From Candidatus Acetothermia bacterium (GTDB lineage: Bacteria; Bipolaricaulota; Bipolaricaulia; M55B111): a stretch of DNA of 11,379 nucleotides. Position 1 is the stretch's first letter, and the number at the start of each line of letters is the position of its first letter. The stretch is taken from contig JBKGZT010000044.1 of the NCBI GenBank assembly GCA_046543235.1, forward strand, positions 1 to 11,379, written 5' to 3'. Below, piece by piece: positions 6,610-11,379 of the stretch. The notes under the pieces are model-generated. The model did no database searches and was not told where the DNA came from. It saw only the letters and a list, made by a program, of their open reading frames with translations. The position numbers and the translations under genes were made by a program.

Positions 6610-7815
6610 ATTACCAAAGCATTTAGAGCTTCGACTTTATTGACTATGGGTGAAGCTGGCGAAGTGAACGATGGCCTACTGCTCATCGATGACGAAGGTA
6701 AGGTGGAATACGTCGGGCCGTACGACGAAGGGAAAGTTCCAGAGGGCGTGGAGACGCTCGATTTCGGGGGAAAGACGATCCTGCCCGGACTGGTGGATGC
6801 TCATACCCACGTGGGAATTCACGAAGAAGGTGAGGGTTGGGAAGGACAGGATACTAACGAGATGACGGGCCCGGTAACCCCCCAGGTTAGAGGACTCGAC
6901 GGAATAAACCCCGCCGGTCTGGGCCTCAGGGATGCGGCCAGAGCCGGAGTGACCACCGTAAATACTGGTCCCGGGTCCGGAAACGTGGTAGGTGGTCAGT
7001 TTGTGGGAATCAAGACGGCCGGGTCCCTCGTGATGGATGATCTGGTCATTCGAGAGCCCACTGCCATGAAGATGGCGACAGGTGAAAACCCGAAGCGCGT
7101 TTACAAGGAAAAGGACAGGATCCCCAGCACCCGGATTGGCACTGCCGCCACCCTGAGGAAAGCTCTCTTCGAGGCACGGGATTACTGGAAGAGGAAAGAA
7201 TCGGGCGGTGAGGAAGAAGGAGACTTCAAAAAAGATTTCAAGATGGAAGCGCTCGTCCCGGTGGTAAAGGGAGAATTGAAGGCGAAGATCCACGCTCACC
7301 GGGCGGATGACATTATTACGGCGATCAGAATAGCTGAGGAGTTCGGCCTCGATTATTCGATCGATCACTGCACCGAAGGTCATAAGATAGCGGATTTCCT
7401 CGCGGAAAAGGAAGCCGAGGCGGTAGTGGGACCGAGCCTGACTGCACGGAGCAAGAGGGAAACGGTGGAGAGGACGTTTCAAACGCCGGGAATTTTGTCA
7501 GAAGAGGGTATTAAAGTTGCGATCACGTCGGATTCCCCGGTTGTGCCAATACAGTACCTTCCCCTTCTTGCGGCTTTTGCCGTTCGGGAAGGAATGGACG
7601 AGGAAAGGGCGCTGAGAGCAATAACCGTGGATAGCGCGGAGATTGCGGGAGTTGGAGACAGAGTGGGATCTCTGGAGAAAGGCAAGGACGCGGATTTTCT
7701 CGTCACTGGAGGATCGATATTTGACCTGAAAAACAACGTGGAGCGCGTCTTCATCGAGGGAAGCGAACTTGAACTGGCGTCCCTCGGGAAATCGGGCAAG
7801 AGAAGGACGTTTTAA
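6610..7815 (+). CDS. Metal-dependent amidohydrolase (imidazolonepropionase-like superfamily member); start probably ATT 6610, alternatives TTG 6640 or ATG 6646
   Basis: PGLVDAHTH (HxH metal site), GVTTV..GPGS, KMATGENPK, IHAHRADDI, IDHCTEG, TSDSPV (catalytic Asp), RVGSLEKGKDAD. The frame is open back to TAA at 6604-6606, and the SD sits 8 nt before ATT 6610. Confidence 0.9.
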   Translation: MTKAFRASTLLTMGEAGEVNDGLLLIDDEGKVEYVGPYDEGKVPEGVETLDFGGKTILPGLVDAHTHVGIHEEGEGWEGQDTNEMTGPVTPQVRGLDGINPAGLGLRDAARAGVTTVNTGPGSGNVVGGQFVGIKTAGSLVMDDLVIREPTAMKMATGENPKRVYKEKDRIPSTRIGTAATLRKALFEARDYWKRKESGGEEEGDFKKDFKMEALVPVVKGELKAKIHAHRADDIITAIRIAEEFGLDYSIDHCTEGHKIADFLAEKEAEAVVGPSLTARSKRETVERTFQTPGILSEEGIKVAITSDSPVVPIQYLPLLAAFAVREGMDEERALRAITVDSAEIAGVGDRVGSLEKGKDADFLVTGGSIFDLKNNVERVFIEGSELELASLGKSGKRRTF

Positions 7816-7822
7816 TTCTCCC

Positions 7823-9079
7823 GTGAAAAATTCCGAGCCGGACCTTTTTAGCCCGGAAAACGGGCCCGAGGAAGAGGAAGTTTTTTCGGTATCCCGGTTG
7901 AACAGGGAGGCCCGCCTTCTACTAGAAGGGAAATTTAGTTCGATCTGGGTAGAAGGAGAAGTTTCCAACCTCCACGTTTCTTCCGCGGGGCACCGCTACT
8001 TTACCCTGAAGGAGGAGGATTCGGAAATAGACGCCGTAATGTTTGCCGGTGATGCTTCCGGCACCGGGGTAGAACTGGAGGACGGCAAGGCGATTCTGGT
8101 GAAGGCGACCCTCACCGTTTACGAGCGCCGGGGACGCTACCAGCTGAGGGTCAGGGACTTAAAGGAGGTCGGGGAGGGGGAGCTTCAGAAGAAGTTTCGC
8201 AGGCTAAAAAAGAGACTGAAACAGGAAGGCTTATTTGAGGATTCCCATAAGAAGAGGCTGCCCGATTTTCCCGAGTCCGTAGGGATCATTACCTCCCCGA
8301 CCGGTGCGGCGATAAGGGATATCGTTTCGACCATAGAGGGGAGATATTCGCTCCTTGATGGTTATATCTTTCCCGTTAAAGTCCAGGGCAAAGAAGCGGC
8401 CGGGGGAATAGCCCGGGCGGTCGAGAGGGCGAATAGACTAGCGGAAAGGCTTGGCCTGGACGTCCTGATATTAAGTAGGGGCGGAGGTTCTCTGGAGGAC
8501 CTGTGGCCGTTCAACGAAGAGGTAGTCGCACGGGCGATTTATAGTTCCGAACTCCCGGTGATCTCCGGGGTAGGGCACGAGGTAGATTTTACTATTTCCG
8601 ACTTCGTGGCGGATTCCAGGGTTCCTACTCCGACTGCAGCAGGTAAGGAAGTCGTCCCCGAAGGTGCCGAGGTAGTGAAGGAGGGGGAGAGCCTTGTGGA
8701 GAGAATCGGAAAACTTATCCGCTCCAAGATAAGGGATCGCGGGAACGAGCTGGATAGAACAACTTCCAGTTTTGGGTTCCGGTTGCCCTTCCACAAACTC
8801 GAGGACGGTTTACAGGAATACGATGACCTGAGCCGGACGCTAATGACCTCGGGCGAGGAGGTCCTTGCGGATAAAGCCGACCGACTGGAGAACTTGATAG
8901 AAAGGCTTTCGCTGGCCAACCCGACCAGATTACTTAAAAAAGGATACTCGGTAACTTACTCGGAAGGCGGTTCAGTGATAAACGATGCCTCGGGCGTGGA
9001 TACGGAGGAAAGCTTGAAGACTGTTCTCCATAAGGGTATTATTCGTTCTGTAGTTACGGAGGTCGAAGAAGATGGGTGA
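7823..9079 (+). CDS. xseA: Exodeoxyribonuclease VII large subunit
   Basis: FSVSRLN, IWVEGEVSN, GHRYFTLKE (OB fold), GIITSPTGAAIRDI, VQG, RGGGSLEDLWPFNEE, PVISGVGHEVDFTISDFVAD, PTPTAA, LKKGYS. Start placed at GTG 7823, the first start codon after the upstream stop; exact start uncertain. Confidence 0.96.
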   Translation: MKNSEPDLFSPENGPEEEEVFSVSRLNREARLLLEGKFSSIWVEGEVSNLHVSSAGHRYFTLKEEDSEIDAVMFAGDASGTGVELEDGKAILVKATLTVYERRGRYQLRVRDLKEVGEGELQKKFRRLKKRLKQEGLFEDSHKKRLPDFPESVGIITSPTGAAIRDIVSTIEGRYSLLDGYIFPVKVQGKEAAGGIARAVERANRLAERLGLDVLILSRGGGSLEDLWPFNEEVVARAIYSSELPVISGVGHEVDFTISDFVADSRVPTPTAAGKEVVPEGAEVVKEGESLVERIGKLIRSKIRDRGNELDRTTSSFGFRLPFHKLEDGLQEYDDLSRTLMTSGEEVLADKADRLENLIERLSLANPTRLLKKGYSVTYSEGGSVINDASGVDTEESLKTVLHKGIIRSVVTEVEEDG

Positions 9080-9302
9080 GGACGAGCAAGTCAACGTAGA
9101 GGAAGATCTGGCCAAGCTGGAAGAGATAGTTGGCGAACTAGAGAACGATCAGCTTGCTCTCGAACGCTCTATAGAGCTCTTTGAAGAGGGAGTAGAGCTG
9201 GCCGAGGGGATAAAGAACGGGCTCTCCGAAGCCGAAGTCAGGTTAAAAAAAGTGGTCGAGGAAAGCGACCTTGATTTTGAAGTAGAGGATTTCGACCTTT
9301 AG
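9072..9302 (+). CDS. xseB: Exodeoxyribonuclease VII small subunit
   Basis: 76 aa with the pattern EEDLAKLEEIVGELE..LALERSIELFEEGVEL...LSEAE. It overlaps the end of xseA by 8 nt. Confidence 0.93.
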   Translation: MGEDEQVNVEEDLAKLEEIVGELENDQLALERSIELFEEGVELAEGIKNGLSEAEVRLKKVVEESDLDFEVEDFDL

Positions 9303-9364
9303 AATTTGGAGCTACCGAGTTCAGTCTCATCATATCATGTTTCTCCTGAGAGCGTGGTTAATCA

Positions 9365-11008
9365 ATGAAAGATTACGATAGCCTGGATTCGCTATTCCGG
9401 GAAGCGGCTTCGAGGTTTCCGGAAAGCATATTCAAGACTTCAACCTCCAATCCGGATGATGGCTACGAATACGAAAGTACGTCCTTCGGACAGCTCGCGG
9501 ATCTGGTTGGCAGACTTGCCTACGCCATGGTTGACGAATTCGATGTGGAATCCGGGGACAAGGTCGCTATTATCGGTCGCCCTCATCCCAAGTGGGCTGC
9601 CTCCTTCCTTGCGGCACAGCGGGTTGGAGCGACAGCCGTACCGATATCTTACAACTTTACTACGGAAGAGATTCGTAGAGTGCTTCACGAATCCGAGTCG
9701 AAGCTCGCCCTGGTGCAGAGCGACAAGCATTCGGTGGTTGCGAAGAAATACGACGAGCTTTCCCACCTGGAGAACCTCGTCGTCTACGGCGGAGAAGCCG
9801 GCGAAGGATTTCATTCCTGGAGTTCTTTTTTGTCGGAAAAGACCTTCGAGGGAGAACGCGACCAGAATCCGGACGAGACTGCCGTTTTGATGTATACTTC
9901 CGGAACGACGGGGCACGGAAAGGGTGTTATGTTGTCCCACGAAAACCTCCTGGTTAACGTAGGGGATATAGCGGAAACCCTGGAGGTATCCCCGGATGAT
10001 TGTATGGTTTCCATTCTGCCCTGGGATCATATCTACGGGTTGACTACTACCTTGCTGGTCCCTCTGGCGTTTGGGGCTTCCATGGTCTACACGAAGGATT
10101 ACAGAAATCTCCCGAGCGTCCTGAAGGAGAACCGGGGGACCATTCTCCTGGGGGTACCGAAGCTGCTGAATGCTCTATACGAGGAGACCCTGTCCAAAAT
10201 CGAATCTACCTGGTGGTCGAGGGGGCTGTACAAGTATTTTCCCGGCCTGTTGAAGGGAAAGGTAAAGAAGAAACTGGCGGGGAATCAGTTCAGGTTTATT
10301 GCCTCCGGCGGTGCCCCCCTGAGTCCGGAGACGGCGATGGGGCTGAGGGAACTTGGAATCGGGGTTATGGAAGGGTACGGACTGACGGAAACCGCTCCGG
10401 TGCTCACCTTTACCCGGGATCCATTTACGGATAAGGCAGGCAGCGTGGGGTTGCCTCTGCCCAGCGTCGAGGTAAAGCTCCAGGAAACTGACGACAAGGA
10501 GATAAACGAGGTTCTGGTACGAGGGGACAACGTGATGAAGGGGTACTACAAGAACGACGAGAAGACGAACGAGGTACTGGACGAGGGCGGTTGGTTCCAC
10601 ACCGGCGATGCTGGTAGGCTGGATGAAGACGGCCGGCTCTACTTAAATGGAAGGACCAAGAACGTCATTGTGCTTGAGTCCGGTAACAACGTTTACCCGG
10701 AAGAAGTAGAGCACGAGCTGGGACGGATACCGTTTATCGAAGAGGTTATGGTAAAAGAAGGGCGCCGGGCAGGGAGAGCAGTAGTCTCTGCGGTGATTTA
10801 TCCCGATTTCGAGGGCCTGGCTGAGAAGGGAATAGAGGAAAAGAACTCGGTCAAATCCTTCCTCTGGGAAAAGATAAAGTCGGAGTCAAAGAGGCTTGCT
10901 CCCTATATGCGGATAAAGAGCAAGCGCGATATCGAAATTCTCGAGGAGCCCTTTGAGAAGACGCCGACTCAGAAGGTCAAACGTTACCTTTACAAGGGTG
11001 AAGAGTAA
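9365..11008 (+). CDS. AMP-binding enzyme, long-chain acyl-CoA synthetase (FadD/FAA1-like)
   Basis: 547 aa with ANL motifs YTSGTTGHGKGVMLSH, SILPWDHIYG, SGGAPL, EGYGLTET, GDNVMKGYY, WFHTGDAG, GRTKNVIV..GNNVYPEEVE and KTPTQKVKR (A10 Lys). Confidence 0.9.
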   Translation: MKDYDSLDSLFREAASRFPESIFKTSTSNPDDGYEYESTSFGQLADLVGRLAYAMVDEFDVESGDKVAIIGRPHPKWAASFLAAQRVGATAVPISYNFTTEEIRRVLHESESKLALVQSDKHSVVAKKYDELSHLENLVVYGGEAGEGFHSWSSFLSEKTFEGERDQNPDETAVLMYTSGTTGHGKGVMLSHENLLVNVGDIAETLEVSPDDCMVSILPWDHIYGLTTTLLVPLAFGASMVYTKDYRNLPSVLKENRGTILLGVPKLLNALYEETLSKIESTWWSRGLYKYFPGLLKGKVKKKLAGNQFRFIASGGAPLSPETAMGLRELGIGVMEGYGLTETAPVLTFTRDPFTDKAGSVGLPLPSVEVKLQETDDKEINEVLVRGDNVMKGYYKNDEKTNEVLDEGGWFHTGDAGRLDEDGRLYLNGRTKNVIVLESGNNVYPEEVEHELGRIPFIEEVMVKEGRRAGRAVVSAVIYPDFEGLAEKGIEEKNSVKSFLWEKIKSESKRLAPYMRIKSKRDIEILEEPFEKTPTQKVKRYLYKGEE

Positions 11009-11017
11009 GCCTGCGGG

Positions 11018-11296
11018 TCAATACCTGATGCTGAATCCCTGGAATTCGTCCTCGTGTTCCTTCCAGTCTACTTTGACCTCTTCCACCATGGCCCTGGGAG
11101 GGCCGGATTTCGCCCAGCTTATCAGCTGTTTTATCTCGTCTTCTTCTCCTTCTATAACTCCTTCCACGGAGCCGTCGGAGAGGTTTTTAACCCAGCCCGT
11201 AAGTCCTAGGTCCCGGGCATGATGCCTCGTGCCGGCCCGAAAACCGACGCCCTGTACTCTTCCCGTTATCTTGAGATGTGCTCTTTCTTTTGACAT
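11018..11296 (-). CDS. acyP: Acylphosphatase
   Basis: 92 aa from ATG 11296, with signatures ITGRVQGVGFR, LTGWVKNLSDGSVE, GPPRAMV and the C-terminal FSIRY. The ORF-track extension to 11344 is unlikely. Confidence 0.95.
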   Translation of the reverse strand: MSKERAHLKITGRVQGVGFRAGTRHHARDLGLTGWVKNLSDGSVEGVIEGEEDEIKQLISWAKSGPPRAMVEEVKVDWKEHEDEFQGFSIRY

Positions 11297-11379
11297 AGTC
11301 TTTAGGATCCGCGCGTAATTTGGGTGTTTAATTCCACTGAGCAAGCTCCGGGGGAATTCTCACCCAGTATTGATAACCC

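Noticed and set aside
6676-7482. 268-aa antisense ORF over the amidohydrolase, and similar shadow ORFs at 2561-3146, 4809-5312, 7498-7968, 9440-10030 and 10175-10600
   Set aside because: These lie opposite well-supported genes, are expected from codon bias, and show no domains or translation signals.
1-11379. CRISPR arrays, tRNA/rRNA, IS or prophage genes, defence systems
   Set aside because: I saw no periodic repeats, cloverleaf or rRNA signatures, or transposase/integrase motifs. Nearly all of the window is explained by metabolic CDSs.

Overview
Bacterial central-metabolism region with nine intact CDSs and no rRNA, tRNA, CRISPR array or mobile element that I can see. The left block is a class I/II PLP aminotransferase, an ATP-type PEP carboxykinase (pckA) and a glutamate dehydrogenase on +. 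These converge at a bidirectional terminator on a 595-aa atypical PEPCK-fold protein on -. An AT-rich divergent promoter region follows, then an amidohydrolase, xseA, xseB and a long-chain acyl-CoA synthetase on +, and acyP on -. The most interesting features are (1) the second PEPCK-like protein, which keeps all PEPCK catalytic and metal-binding positions but has YFGYxKK and GKSE motifs that I recall from PPi-type PEPCK and HPr kinase, plus a ~200-aa N-terminal extension; (2) a probable non-canonical AUU start for the amidohydrolase; (3) a CRP/Rex-like dyad inside the gdh promoter; and (4) structured leaders upstream of the aminotransferase and the PEPCK-like gene. The proteins look D/E-rich, which tentatively suggests a halophile. 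All calls come from motif recognition by eye; no searches were run.
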